Of a stretch of 64,000 nt of DNA, positions 1-12,600 are shown piece after piece. The DNA lies in NCBI GenBank assembly GCA_030390025.1, contig CM059431.1, positions 135,596,001-135,660,000 of the forward strand, read 5' to 3'. The stretch's first letter is position 1. Every line of letters begins with the position of its first letter. The translations under genes were made by a program, and so were the position numbers. Below the pieces are notes generated by a model, which was given only the letters and a program-made list of their open reading frames with translations, had not been told where the DNA came from and did not search any database. Origin of the DNA: Squalus acanthias (Eukaryota).

Positions 1-436
1 TGCTGCTCAGTACCCAAAACTCCTTCACACAGTGTTGAATCTCTCCAGAAGTCTCTCTCTCTCTCTCTCAGAAAGCGTGGTTCAAAAATGTCACCAACAA
101 TAAAAGGCAGGAAACGGTCGCCTTTAAGCGCTCCCCCAGTCTCTTCCTGACTGCAAAACGCTCCCCTCAACCTGTCGTTGCTAGCGTCAGGCGGTAAGGC
201 AGGGGGCGCCACTCAATATCCGCTCTGGGGCGATACCGGGGCGTTGCGCACTCAACTGACATCACGATCTGCCGGCGCAGGAGATCGTGGCGGTAGTGTT
301 TAGCGCCACCGCAAAATGTCTAGTTAATTTTGCGAGCGGTGCAAACATCGCCGCGCCCGGGCGCTAGAGGCTTTGCGCCCCATTAGCGCCCTCTTAAGGC
401 GCTAACGGGAGGCGCAACCAACTGAATTTTTCCCCC
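1..436. mobile_element. Non-autonomous Harbinger-like TIR element, family A, copy 1 (cut off by the window start)
   Basis: Collinear with 59531-59968. Ends in the TIR ACTGAATTTTTCCCCC, followed by ATA (437-439) and the CR1 tail remnant gagtcata. Confidence 0.9.
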
Positions 437-1656
437 ATAGAGTCATAATGGCACAGAAGGAGGCCATTTAGCCCATTGAGTCTGTGCTGGCTCTCTGTAG
501 AGCAATCCAGTCAGTCCCATTCCCCCGCTCTATCCCCGTAGCTCTGCAAGTTTATTTCCCTCAAGTGCCGATCCAGTCTCCCCTTGAAAACATTGAGTGT
601 CTCCGCTTCCAGCACTTCCGTTGGTAGTGAGTTCCAGGTCCTCACCACTCGCTGCGTAAAAATGATTTTCCTCACGTCCACCCTGTATCTCTTGCCCAAA
701 AGCTAAAATCTGTGTCCCCTAGTCCTTATACCATCAATTAGTGGGAACAGCCTTTGCCCATCTAGCCTATCCAAACCCGTCATAATCTTGTACACTTCTA
801 TCAAATCACCCCTCAACCACCTTTGCTCTGCACACTCTTTAAAACTGTGCCATTAAGTGTATATTGCCTCTCCCTGTTCCTTCTGCCAAAATGCATCACC
901 TCACACTTCTCTGTATTAAATTCCATCTGCCACTTGTCTGCCCATTCTGCTAGACTTTCTATGTCCTGTTGCAGTCGATTGATATCATCATCACTGTTTG
1001 CCACACCCCCAAGTTTGGTATCATCAGCAAATTTAGAAATTATCCTCTGTATTCCAATATCCAGGTCATTTATATATATGAAAAAAAACAGTGGCCCCAG
1101 CACTGACCCTTGGGGAACACCACTGTCTACCATCTTCCAGTCTGAAAAACAGCCATTTACCACAACTCACTGTTTTCTATCCTTAAGCTAATTCCTTATC
1201 CAAGCTACCACTGAGCCACCTATTCCATGAGCCTCAATTTTGTTAACCAGCCTTCTATGTGATACTTGGTCAAACGCCTTCCGAAAATCCATGTAGACAA
1301 CATCCATTGCATTCCCTTCATCAATCCTCCCTGTTACTTCATCAAAAAATTCAATTAGATTAGTCAAACACGATCTGCCTTTTACAAATCCGTGTTGGCT
1401 CTCCTTAATTAGCTTAAACCTCTCCAAATGCCCGTTAATTTTTTCCTTGATTATTGTTTCTAAAACTTTACCCACCACTGATGTTAAACTGACCGGCCTG
1501 TATTTACTAGGATTGTCCTTAAACCCTTTCTTGAACAATGGTGTCACATTTGCCACTTTCCAATCCTCAGGCACATCCCCGGCATCTAGGGAAGATTGGA
1601 AAATTATGGCTTGTCCTTCTGTTATCTTCTCCCCCAATTCCCTTAGCAACCTAGGA
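437..1656 (-). mobile_element. CR1 LINE, 3' part (RT domain, ORF2 C-terminus, 3' UTR) of the element whose 5' part is 6855-9750
   Basis: Minus-strand translations give [57 protein letters not shown] and FTQRVVRTWNSLP. It has stops, frameshifts and an internal deletion of about 0.3 kb near 829 relative to the copy at 59969-62772. Confidence 0.93.
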
Positions 1657-1826
1657 GGAGGAGGTGGATCTGTGTGGGAGCGGCAGCAGGACCTGAGAGA
1701 AGGCAGAGCGGCCATAAAAGAGCACTGCAGAGGAGGCCTGACACCGGAGGAGGCGGACCTGTGTGAGAGCGGCAGCGGGACCTGAGAGAAGGCGGAGCGG
1801 CCATAAAAGAGTGCTGCAGAGGAGGC
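1657..1826 (+). repeat. Two tandem 89-bp monomers in the CR1 5' UTR
   Basis: ggaggagg(t/c)gga...gcggcagc(a/g)ggacctgagagaagg...gagcggccataaaagag starts at both 1657 and 1746. Confidence 0.88.
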
Positions 1827-2075
1827 TGTGAGTTGGGAAAGAGTCCGAGAGCGGGAGCAGTCAAACAACAACTGCGAAACCGCTAAAGTGATGTCACAAC
1901 CAGGAAAGGAGCTGATTGGTAAGTAGGACCTGGTGAGTATTTCTACAGTCCAGTCATTGAAATAAAAGTAAGGCCTCTAGTTTAGAGTAAGTAGTGTTTA
2001 AAGGGAAGTAAGGTCCCAAGTGTATTTAATATTCTTTAATTTAAAGGAAGTAAAGGGAGTAAATTAAGGGTAGGA

Positions 2076-2998
2076 TATGACAGTGCTCCTCCTGTGCTAT
2101 GTGGGAAGTCAGGGACACTTTATGTGTCCAGTGCGAACACATGTGCAGGAAGTGTCTCCAGTTGCAGCTATTCGAAATCCGCGTTTCGGAGCTGGAGCTG
2201 CGACTGGAGTCACTGTGGAGCATCCGCGAAGCTGAGATCTTCATGGATAACACATTTAACGAGGTGGTCACACCGCAGGTAAAGAGTGCACAGGCAGACA
2301 GGGAATGGGTGACCACCAGACAGAGTAAAAGAACTAGGAAGGTAGTGCAGGAGTCCCCTGGGTCCATATCCCTCTCCGACAGATTTTCTGTTTTGGATAC
2401 TGCTGGGGGAGATGGTTTCTCAGGGGAATGCAGCAAGAGCCAAGTCCGTGGCACTACTAGTGGCTCAGCTGCACAGGAGGGGAGGAAAAAGAGTGGGAGA
2501 GCAATAGTGATAGGGGATTCTACCGTAAGGGGAATAGATAGATGATTCTGTGGCCGCAGACGTGACTCCAGGATGATATGTTGCCTCCCTGGTGCCAGGG
2601 TCAAGGATGTCACTGAACTGCTGCAGGGCATTCTGAAAGGGGAGGGCGAACAGTCAGAGGTCGTGGTCACATTGGTACCAACGACATAGGTAGAAAGAGG
2701 GATGAGGTCCTGCAACAAGAATTTAGGGAGCGAGGTACCAGATTAAAAAGCAGAACCTCAAAGGTTGTAATCTCTGGATTACTCCCGGTGCCACGTGCTA
2801 GTGAGTACAGGAATAGGAGGATAGAGCAGATGAATGCGTGGCTAAAGAGTTGGTGCAGGAGGGAGGGCTTTAGTTTCCTGGATCACTGGGTCTGCTTCTG
2901 TGGAAGGTGGGACCTGTACAAGTTGGACCTGAACCGGAATGGAACCAACATCCTTGCGGGGAGGTTTGCTAGTACTGTTGGGGGTGGGGTTTAAACTA
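2076..2998 (+). pseudogene. CR1 ORF1 (Cys cluster/leucine zipper plus SGNH esterase-like domain), disrupted
   Basis: CxxCAMWE...HMCRKCLQLQLFEIRVSELELRLESL, IVIGDSTVRG, CLPGA, HIGTNDIG (frameshifted) and NAWLKSWCRREGF. Contains stops and frameshifts. Confidence 0.85.
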
Positions 2999-3000
2999 AC

Positions 3001-5885
3001 TTGGCAGGGGATGGGATACGGAGTGGAGCTATAGTAGGGGGTGATGCACAGCCAAATTTAGAGGAAAAAACAAGTCAGCCTGGAAGGCTGAGCAAATATG
3101 TAACGGCACAAGGGAGTATGGCAAGGCTGAATGGCATTTATTTTAATGCAAGGAGTCTTGCGAGTAAGGCTGATGAATTGAAGGTGTTGATGAACACATG
3201 GGAGTATGATATTGTTGCTATCACAGAGACATGGTTGAGGGAGGGGCAGGACTGGCAGCTCAATATTCCGGGGTATAGAATCTTCAGGCGAGACAGAGGG
3301 GGGTGTAAAAGAGGAGGGGGTGTCGCAATATTAATCAAGTTGTCAATTACTGCTGTAAGGAGGGATGATATCTAAGCAGGTTCCTCTAATGAGGCCATAT
3401 GGGTAGAACTTAAAAACAAAAGGGGGCAAGCACTTTGCTGGGAGTGTACTATAGGCCCCCAAACAGTCAGGGGGAGATAGAGGAACAGATATGTAGGCAA
3501 ATCTCAGAGAAGTGTAGAAATAATAGGGTAATAAGAGTAGGGGATTTCAACTTCCCCAATATTAACTGGGATAGTCAGAGTGTGAAAGGCTTAGAGGGTG
3601 CAGAATTGTTAAAGTGCATCCAGGAGAGCTTTTTGAGCCAGCATGTAGAAAGTCCTACAAGAGAGGGGGCAGTACTGGACCTAATTCTAGGGAATGTAGC
3701 CAGGCAAGTGGTACAAGTGTCAGTAGGAGAGCATTTTGGTGACAGTGACCATAATTCGGTGAGATTTAAGGTAGTCATGGAAAAGGACAAAGATGTACTG
3801 GAAATAAAGGTTCTAAATTGGGGAAGGCCGATTTTAATATGATAAGGCAGGATCTGGCCAAAGTGGACTGGGATCAGCTACTTGTAGGAAAATCCACATC
3901 AGAGCAGTGGGAGTCTTTCAGAAAGGAAATAGAGAGAGTACAATGCCAACATATTTCCATAAAGGTCAAGAGTGGAACCAACAAGCCCAGGGAACCCTGG
4001 ATGTCAAGGGATATACAATAATGGATTAGGAAAAAAAGGGAGGCTTTTGGCAGCTACAAAGGACTAAAAACAATGGAAGCCCAAGAGGAGTATAGAAAGT
4101 GCCGGGGGGTACTTAAAAAAGAAATTAGGAGAGCGAAGAGGGGGCATGAAATAACATTGGCGGGCAAAATAAAGGAAAATCCCAAGGTGTTTTATAAGTA
4201 TATTAAGGGCAAGAGGATAACCAGGGAAAGAGTAGGGCCCATTAGGGACCAAAGTGGCAAACTGTGTGTCGAGCCGAAAGATGTGGGTGAGGTTTTAAAT
4301 GAATATTTTGCATCTGTGTTCACTATGGAGAAGGACGATGTAGGCATAGAAATCAGGCAGCGGGATTGTGATATACTTGAACAAATTAGCATTGAGAGGC
4401 AGGATGTACTAGCGGTTTTAGCGGGCTTAAAAGTGGATAAATCCCCAGGTCCAGACGAGATGTATCCCAGGCTGCTGTGTGAGGCAAGGGAGGAGATTGC
4501 AGGGGCTCTGACACAAATTTTCAGAACCTCTCTGGCCACAGGGGAAGTGCCAGAGGACTGGAGGACAGCTAACGTAGTACCATTATTCAAGAAGGGTATT
4601 AGGGATAAACCAGGGAATTACAGGCCAGTGAGCCTAACATCAGTGGTCGGGAAATTATTGGAAAAAATTCTGAGGGACAGAATTAGTCTCCACTTGGAGA
4701 GGCTAGGATTAATCAAGATTAGTCAGCATGGCTTTGTCAGGGGGAGATCATGTCTAACCAATTTGATTTAATTTTTCGAGGGGGTGAGTAGGTGTGTGGA
4801 TGAGGGTAGTGCAGTTGATGTAGACTACATGGACTTCAGTAAGGCTTTTGACAAAGTCCCACATGGGAGACTGGTCAAGAAGGTAAGAGCCCATGGGATC
4901 CAGTGCAATTTGGCACATTGGATCCAAAATTGGCTTAGTGGCAGGAGGCAGAAGGTGATGGTCGAAGATTGTTTTTGTGACTGGAAGCCTGTGTCCAGTG
5001 GTGCACCGCAGGGATCGGTGCTGGGTCCTTTGCTGTTTCTGGTGTACATTAATGATTTAGATATGAATGTAGGAGGTATGATCAGTAAGTTTGCAGATGA
5101 CACAAAATTTGGTGGAGTGGTAAATAGCGAGGAGGGAAGCCTTAGGCTATAGGACAATATAGACGGGTTAGTCAGATGGGCAGAACAGTGGCAAATGGAA
5201 TTTAACCCTGAATACACAATGAATGGTAGGACCCTAGGAAGGACAGAGGATCAGAGGGACCTTGGTGTGCATGTACATAGATCACTGAAGGCAGCAGGAC
5301 AGGTAGATAAGGTGGTTAAAAAGGCATATGGGATACTTGCCTTCATTAGCCGAGGCATAGAATATAAGAGCAGGGAGGTTATGATGGAGCTGTACAAAAC
5401 GCTAGTTAGGCCACAGCTGGAATACTGTGTGCAGTTCTGGTCGCCACACTATAGGAAGGATGTGATTGCATTGGAGAGGGTGCAGAGGAGATTTAGCAGG
5501 ATGTTACCTGGGCTGGAGCGCTTCAGCTATGATGAGAGATTGGATAGGCTGTTTTTTTTTTTCCTTAGATCAGAGAAGGCTGAGGGGGGACCTGATTGAG
5601 GTGTACAAAATTATGAGGGGCATAGGTAGGGTAGATAGAAAGGAACTTTTCCCCTTAGTAGAGGGGTCAATAACCAGGGGTCATAGTTTCAAGGTAAGGG
5701 GCAGGAGGTTTAGAGGGGATTTGAGGGAAAACTTTTTCACCCAGAGGGTGGTTGGAATCTGGAACTCACTGCCTGAAAGGGTGGTAGAGGCAGGAACCCT
5801 CACAACATTCAAGAAGCATTTAGATGAGCACTTGAAACGCCATAGCATACAAGACTACGGACCAAGTGCTGGAAAATGGGATTAG
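3001..5885 (+). pseudogene. CR1 ORF2 (APE endonuclease plus reverse transcriptase), disrupted
   Basis: EN motifs YFNARSL, AITETWL, GVYYRPPN, GDFNFP, LDLIL and SDH. RT motifs [30 protein letters not shown] and FADDTK. Broken into several ORFs. Confidence 0.92.
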
Positions 5886-5957
5886 AATAGACAGGGCTTG
5901 ATGGCCGGCGCGGACACGATGGTCCGAAGGGCCTCTTTCTGTGCTGTATAGCTCTAT

Positions 5958-6839
5958 GGGGGAAAAATTCAGTTGGTTGCGCCTCCCGTTAGCGCCTTAA
6001 GAGGGCGCTAATGGGGCGCAAAGCAACTAGCGCCCGGGCACGGGGATGTTTGCGCCGCTCGCGAAATTAACTGGACATTTTGCGGCGGCGCTAAACACTA
6101 CCGCCACGATCTCCTGCACTGGCAGATCGTGACGTCAGTCGAGTGCAAAACGCCCCCGAGCGGATATTGAGTGGCGCCCCCTGCCTTACCGCCTGCCGCT
6201 AGCAACGACAGGTTGAGGGGAGAGTTTTGCTGTGAGGAAGGGACTGGGGGAACGCTATTTAAAGGTGACCACTTCCTGCCTTTTATTGTTGGTGACATTT
6301 TTGAACCACGCATTCTGAGAGAGAGAGAGAGAGACTTCTGGAGAGATTCAACGCTGTGTGAAGGAGTTTTGGGTACTGAGCAGCACTTTGCAGGTTCATT
6401 TTGATTTGCCCTTCCTTGTATCGATTTAGAAGAGACTGTGGGGGCTGCACTCTGAGCTCTTTCCCTGGGGCTCTCCATTGTTCTTTCCAGCAGATTTGAT
6501 GTACAGGTCTCTCCAGGCCGAGATTCAAGGCTGCAATGAGCAGGATGTGGATGGAAAGCAAGATCAACCCTCCCCTTTAAGAACTGGCCGGCGCCATTGT
6601 GTGTGTGTTCCATTGCTGACTGACATCACATGAGCTTTGCCAGGGCTCTGAGTTAGTGCCTCGCTCCCAGGCCTTTGCGCCTGAAGACAAGTGTGAAGCG
6701 CCTGATTTAGTGCTCCAATCACCTCCAGGGGCGATAAAAGTCAAGTTTGCAGTCGGAGGCGATAATTAGTGCCAGTCGCTAATCTTTGCGCCCGGCCGAT
6801 AATTGCGCCCCAAATGGGGCGATACTGAATTTCTCACCC
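5958..6839. mobile_element. Non-autonomous Harbinger-like TIR element, family A, copy 2 (882 bp, inverted relative to copies 1, 3 and 4)
   Basis: Ends are GGGGGAAAAATTCAGT and ACTGAATTTCTCACCC. TAT is duplicated at 5955-5957 and 6840-6842. Lies inside the CR1 (ctatgact)n tail. Confidence 0.92.
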
Positions 6840-8344
6840 TATGACTCTATGACTCAATCCATCTGGACCAGGCGACTTATCCACTCTAAGCATACCCAGC
6901 CTTTCTAGTACATCCTGTCTATCAATTTTTACCCCTTCCTTTGCTTCTGCCTTTTCCACTTCTACCGATATTTGTCAGCATCCACCTCCGTAGTAAACAC
7001 CGATACAAAGTACTCATTGAGTACTCTAGCCTTGCCCTGCGCCTCTAAGCATATATCACCTTCTTTGTCCCTAATAGGCCCCACTCCGCCTCTTACTACC
7101 TGCTTACTGTTTACAGGCCGGTAGAAGATTTTTGGGTTCCCATTTATGTTAACCGCCATTCTACTCTCATATTCTCTCTTTGCCAATCTTATTTTCATCT
7201 TCACTTCCCCTCTCAACTTATTGTATTTGGTCTGATTTCCCTTGAAGAATTCACCTGACATTCATCATACACCCTCTTTTTTTGTTTCATCTTCTTATCT
7301 ATCTCCCTCGTCATCCAAGGAGCCCTTACCTTGGTTCCCTTACCCTTCCCTCTTGTTGGAATGTACCTAGCCTGTACTTGGAACATCTCCTTAAAGATCA
7401 CCCATTGTTCCGTTACAGTATTTCCTGTCAGTCTTTGGTTCCATTTTACCCTGGCTAGATCCTTTCACATCCCATTGAAGTTAGCCCTATTCCAGTTTAG
7501 AAGTTCCACTCTAGATTGTTCCTTGCTTCTCTCCATTGCTAATCTAAATCTTATGATATGATGATCACTCGTACCCAAGTGTTCTCCCACAGACACTTGG
7601 TCGACCTGGCCCACCTCATTCCCCAGCACCAGATCCAGCAATGTCTCCTTCCTAGTTGGGCCAAGAACATACTGGTCAAGGAAATTCTCCTGAACACATT
7701 TCAGAAATTCCTCCCCCTCCTTTCCCTTTACCCTAGCATTATCCCATTCGATATTTGGGTAATTAAAGTCCCCCAATATCACCGCTCTATAGCTCTTGCA
7801 TATCTCTGCGATTTCCCTGCAGATTTGCTCCTCTACCTCCCTCTCACTATTTGGAGGCCTATAAAATACCCCCAATAGCGTGATCATACCCTTTTTGCTC
7901 CTCAACTCTAACCAAATGGATTCTGTCCTTGTCCCCTCAAGAACATCCTCCCTTTCCAACACTACAATGTCTTCCTTAATCAGCACTACGACCCCACCTC
8001 CCTTTTTTGCTTCCCTATCTTTTCTGAACACCTTGTACCCTTGAAAATTAAGTGCCCAGTCCTCACCGTTTTTGAGCTACGTTTCCGTTATTGCCACAAC
8101 ATCATATTGCCACACGGCTAATTGTGCTTGTAGCTCACCAACCTTATTCACCACACTTTGTGCGTTTAAGTACATGCATTCTAAACCCATTTTTGAATTT
8201 TTTGTAGTCTGCTCCTATCTAATATGGTACTACTTCCACCTCTAGTACTACTTTCTTCTCTAGTAGTATCCAACACACTCACTCTTTTATGCACCTTATT
8301 CCTCTTTTCTACTCCTATATGCTGGTGCCCATCCCCCTGCCAAG

Positions 8345-9298
8345 CTAGTTTAAACCCTCCCCAACAGCACTAGCAAACCTCCCCGCAAGAATATTGGTCC
8401 CGGCTCTGTTGAGGTGTAACCCATCTGGCTTGTACAGGTCCCACCTTCCCCAGAAACGGTCCCAATGCCTCAGGAATCTAAAGCCCTCCCTCCTGCACCA
8501 TCTCTCCAGCCATACATTCATCTGCTCTATCCTCCTGTTTCTGTACTCACTAGCACGTGGCACCGGAAGGAATCTGGAGATTACTGCCTTTGAGGTCCTG
8601 CTTTTCAATCTCTTTCCTAGCTCCCTATAGTCTGCCTGCAGGACCTCATCCCTCTTTCTGCCTATGTCGTTGGTACCGATGTGGACAACGACCTCTGGCT
8701 GTTCACCCTCCACCCTCAGAGTGTCCTGCAGCTGCTCAATGACATCCTTGACCCTGGCACCAGGGAGGCAACATACCATCCTGGAGTCACATCTGCTTCC
8801 ACAGAAACACGTATCTGTTCCCCATACGAATTAATCCCCTATCACTATTACTCTTCCACTCTTCTCCCTCCCTCCCCCCTGTGCAACTGAGCCACCCGTG
8901 GTGCCGTGGCCTTGGCTCTGGCTGCTCTCCCCAGAGGAGCCATCACCCCCACCAGTTTTCAGAACTGTGAACCGATTAGCGAGCGAGATGCACTCTGGGG
9001 ATTCCTGCCCTACCTGCCTGGTCCTCCTTCTCTGTCTGGTGGTCACCCATTCCCTCTCTGCCTGCACATTCTGAGGCTGCGGGGTGACCACTCCTAGATA
9101 TGTGCTTTCCAAGTATTTCTCAGCCTCACGGATGCACTGTAGTGACTCCAGCTGCTGCTCAAGCTCCGAAATCTGGAGCTCGAGTTGCTGCAGTTGGTGA
9201 CACTTCCTGCACACGTGGTCATCCAGGTCGCAAGAAGTGTCCAGGATTTCCCACATGGCACAGGGTGTGCAAATCATGGGACTGAGCTGCCCTGCCAT
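8345..9298 (-). pseudogene. CR1 ORF1 (Cys cluster/leucine zipper plus SGNH esterase-like domain), lightly disrupted
   Basis: MAGQLSPMICTPCAMWE...HVCRKCHQLQQLELQISELEQQLESL...VIVIGD(stop), then CCLPGARVKD, VVVHIGTNDIG and DGLHLN. Confidence 0.88.
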
Positions 9299-9672
9299 GC
9301 CTCTATTTACCAGACTATGGAGGTAATTTAGCAGAAATAAACTTAAAACTTAACAAGAAACACTCAACAGCTACCCACCAATCAGCACTTCCCTCTATTA
9401 GATAGGCTATGCACTACTTAGCAGAAATCTACTCAAAACAGAACAAAAAAACTTACCACAAAAACACACCCTATACTCACCTCTCAGCTCCCTTGTGCCA
9501 GCGACACCTTTGAATTCTGACGCCACTCCTTCGTTGTGTTGCTTGCCGACTGTCTCCCTCGCAGGTAGTCCGCTCACTCAGACTCCCAGGCCTCTGCTCC
9601 GCACTGGTTTTATCCCCGGACTCTGACTCCGTTCCTCCCGCAGGTCCGCTCACTGAGACTGTGCTGCTGCCC

Positions 9673-9684
9673 TGTGACGTCACA
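9673..9684. promoter_or_regulatory. Perfect 12-bp palindrome TGTGACGTCACA containing a CRE/ATF site, in the CR1 5' UTR
   Basis: TGACGTCA at 9675-9682. A related motif (aaagtgatgtcaca) lies near 1885-1898 in the other CR1 5' UTR. Function not shown. Confidence 0.45.
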
Positions 9685-12600
9685 CTTTATTTTTTGGAAA
9701 TCATGGAAGGTCCCGCCACCGCCGCAGGTCTCTCCAATCAGGTCCTCGCTGTTTAAAGTACTCTGCCGCTCTGGCTCTCGACTCCCGCTCTGTTTAAAGT
9801 ACTCTGCCGCTCTGGCTCTCCAAACAGGTCCGCTCTGTTTAAAGTACTCTGCCGCTCTGGCTCTCCTCTCCCGCTCTGTTTAAAGTATTCTGCCGCTCTG
9901 GCTCTCCGCTCCCGCTCTGTTTAAAGTACTCTGTCACTCTGGCTCTCCACTCTCGCTCTGTTTAAAGTACTCTGCCGCTCTGGCTCTCCGCTCCCGCTCT
10001 GTTTAAAGTACTCTGTCACTCTGGCTCTCCGCTCCCGCTCTGTTTAAAGTAATCTGCCGCTCTGGCACTCCTCTCACGCTCTGTTTAAAGTACTCTGTCA
10101 CTCTGGCGCTCCGCTCCCGCTCTGTTTAAAGTACTCTGCCGCTCTGGCTCTCCGCTCCCGCTCTGTTTAAAGTACTCTGTCACTCTGGGTCTCTGCTCCC
10201 GCTCTGTTTAAAGTAATCTGCCGCTCTGGCTCTCCGCTCCCGCTCTGTTTAAAGTACTCTGTCACTCTGGCTCTCCACTCTCGCTCTGTTTAAAGTACTC
10301 TGTTGCTCTGGCTCTCCGCTCCCGTTGTTTAAAGTACTCTGTTGCTCTGGCTCTCCACTCCCGCTCTGTTTAAAGTACTCTGATGCTCAGGCTCTCCACT
10401 CACGCTGTTTAAAGTACTCTGCCACACTTGCTCTGCGCTCCCGGTCTCTTTAAAGTACTCTGTCGCTCTGGCTCTCCTCTCCCGCTCTGTTTAAAGTACT
10501 CTGTCGGTCTAGCTCTCTGCTCCCGATCTGTTTAAAGTACTCTGCCACTCTGGCTCTCCGCTCCCGCTCTGTTTAAAGTACTCTGTCGCTCTGGCTCTCC
10601 GCTCCCACTCTGTTTAAAGTACTCTGTCGCTCTGGCTCTCCGCTCCCGCTCTGTTTAAAGTACTCTGCCGCTCTGGCTCTGCGCTCCCACTCTGTTTAAA
10701 GTACTCTGTCACACTGGCTCTCTGCTCCCGCTCTGTTTAAAGTACTCTGTCACACTGGCTCTCTGCTCCTGCTCTGTTTAAAGTACTCTGTCACTCCGGC
10801 TCTCTGCTCCCGCTCCGTTAAAATTACTCTGACGCTCTGGCTCTCCGCTCCCGCTCTGTTTAAAGTACTCTGTCGCTCTGGCTCTCTGCTCCCGCTCTGT
10901 TTAAAGTACTCTGTCGCTCTGGCTCTCTGCTCCCGCTCTGTTTAAAGTACTCTGTCGCTCTGGCTCTCCGCTCCCGCTGTTTAAAGTACTCTGTTGCTCT
11001 GGCTCTCCGCTCCCGCTCTGTTTAAAGTACTCTGTCGCTCTGGCTCTACTCTCCCGCTCTGTTTAAAGTACTCTGTCGCTCTGGCTCTCTGCTCCCGCTC
11101 TGTTTAAATACTCTTTCGCTCTGGCTCTCCGCTCCCGCTCTGTTTAAAGTACTCTGTCGCTCTGGCTCTGCGCTCCCGCTGTTTAAAGTACTCTGTCGCT
11201 CTGGCTCTGCGCTCCCGCTGTTTAAAGTACTCTGTCACTCTGGCTCTCCGCTCCCGCTCTGTTTAAAGTACTCTTTCGCTCTGGCTCTCCACTCCCACTC
11301 TGTTTAAAGTACTCTGTCGCTCTGGCTCTCTGCTCCCTCTCTGTTTAAATACTCTTTCGCTCTGGCTCTCCGCTCCCGCTCTGTTTAAAGTGCTCTGTCG
11401 CTTTGGCTCTCTGCTCCCGCTCTGTTTAAATACTCTTTCGCTCTGGCTCTCCGCTCCCGCTCTGTTTAAAGTACTCTGTCGCTCTGGCTCTCCACTCCCG
11501 CGCTGTTTAAAGTACTCTGTCACTCTGGCTCTCCGCTCCCGCTCTGTTTAAAGTACTCTGTCACTCTGGCTCTCCGCTCCCCCTCTGTTTAAAGTACTCT
11601 GTCACTCTGGCTCTCCGCTCCCGCTCTGTTTAAAGTACTCTGCCGCTCTGGCTCTGCGCTCCCACTCTGTTTAAAGTACTCTGTCACTCTGGCTCTCCGC
11701 TCCCGTTGTTTAAAGTACTCTGTCGCTCTGGCTCCCTGCTCTTGCTCTGTTTAAAGTGCTCTGCCACTCTGGCTCTCGACTCCCGCTCTGTTTAAAGTAC
11801 TCTGCCGCTGTGGCTCTCCTCTCCCGCTCTGTTTAAAGTACTCTGTCGCTCTGGCTCTGCGCTCCCGCTGTTTAAAGTTCTCTGTCACTCTGGCTCTCCG
11901 CTCCCGCTCTGTTAAGTACTCTGTCGCTCTGGCTCTACTCTCCCGCTCTTTTTAAAGTACTCTGTCGCTCAGGCTCTCTGCTCCCGCTCTGTTTAAAGTA
12001 CTCTGCCGCTCTGGCTCTCTGCTCCCCCTCTGTTTAAAGTACTCTGCCGCTCTGGCTCTCTGCTCCCCCTCTGTTTAAAGTACTCTGTTGCTCTGGCTCT
12101 CCGCTCCCGCTCTGTTAAGTACTCTGTCGCTCTGGCTCTACTCTCCCACTCTGTTTAAAGTACTCTGTCACTCTGGCTCTCCGCTCCCGCTCTGTTTAAA
12201 GTACTCTGTCACTCTGGCTCTCCGCTCCCCCTCTGTTTAAAGTACTCTGTCACTCTGGCTCTCCGCTCCCGCTCTGTTTAAAGTACTCTGCCGCTCTGGC
12301 TCTGCGCTCCCGCTCTGTTTAAAGTACTCTGTCACTCTGGCTCTCCGCTCCCGTTCTGTTTAAAGTACTCTGTCACTCTGGCTCTCCGCTCCCGCTCTGT
12401 TCAAAGTAATCTGTCGCTCTGGCTCTCCGCTCCCGCTCTGTTTAAAGTACTCTGTCGCTCTGGCTCTGCGCTCCCACTCTGTTTAAAGTACTCTGTCACT
12501 CTGGCTCTCCGCTCCCGTTGTTTAAAGTACTCTGTCGCTCTGGCTCCCTGCTCTCGCTCTGCTAAAAGTACTCTGCCGCTCTGGCTCTGCGCTCCCACTC

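Larger units (their letters stand above)
1657..6854 (+). mobile_element. Near full-length decayed CR1 LINE (5' UTR, ORF1, ORF2, tail) inserted antisense into another CR1, with a family A element in its tail
   Basis: The host ORF2 reads ...VDKSPGPDGL (from 6855 up) and resumes PRLLRE (from 1656 down). The insert ends in (ctatgact)n at 6840-6854. Confidence 0.93.
6855..9750 (-). mobile_element. CR1 LINE, 5' part (5' UTR, ORF1, endonuclease half of ORF2)
   Basis: ORF1 lies at about 9298-8345. EN motifs GVFYRPPNS, LGDFNYP, LLDLVL and SDH. Ends at LRVDKSPGPDGL where the antisense CR1 is inserted. Confidence 0.93.

Noticed and set aside
6098..6613. 126-171 aa ORF (MEHTHNG...) open in three family A copies, as a novel protein
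   Set aside because: The copies are closely related, so a shared open frame is expected. It crosses a length-variable (CT)n tract, ends differ between copies, several overlapping frames are open and no domain is recognisable. A dN/dS test over many copies would settle it.
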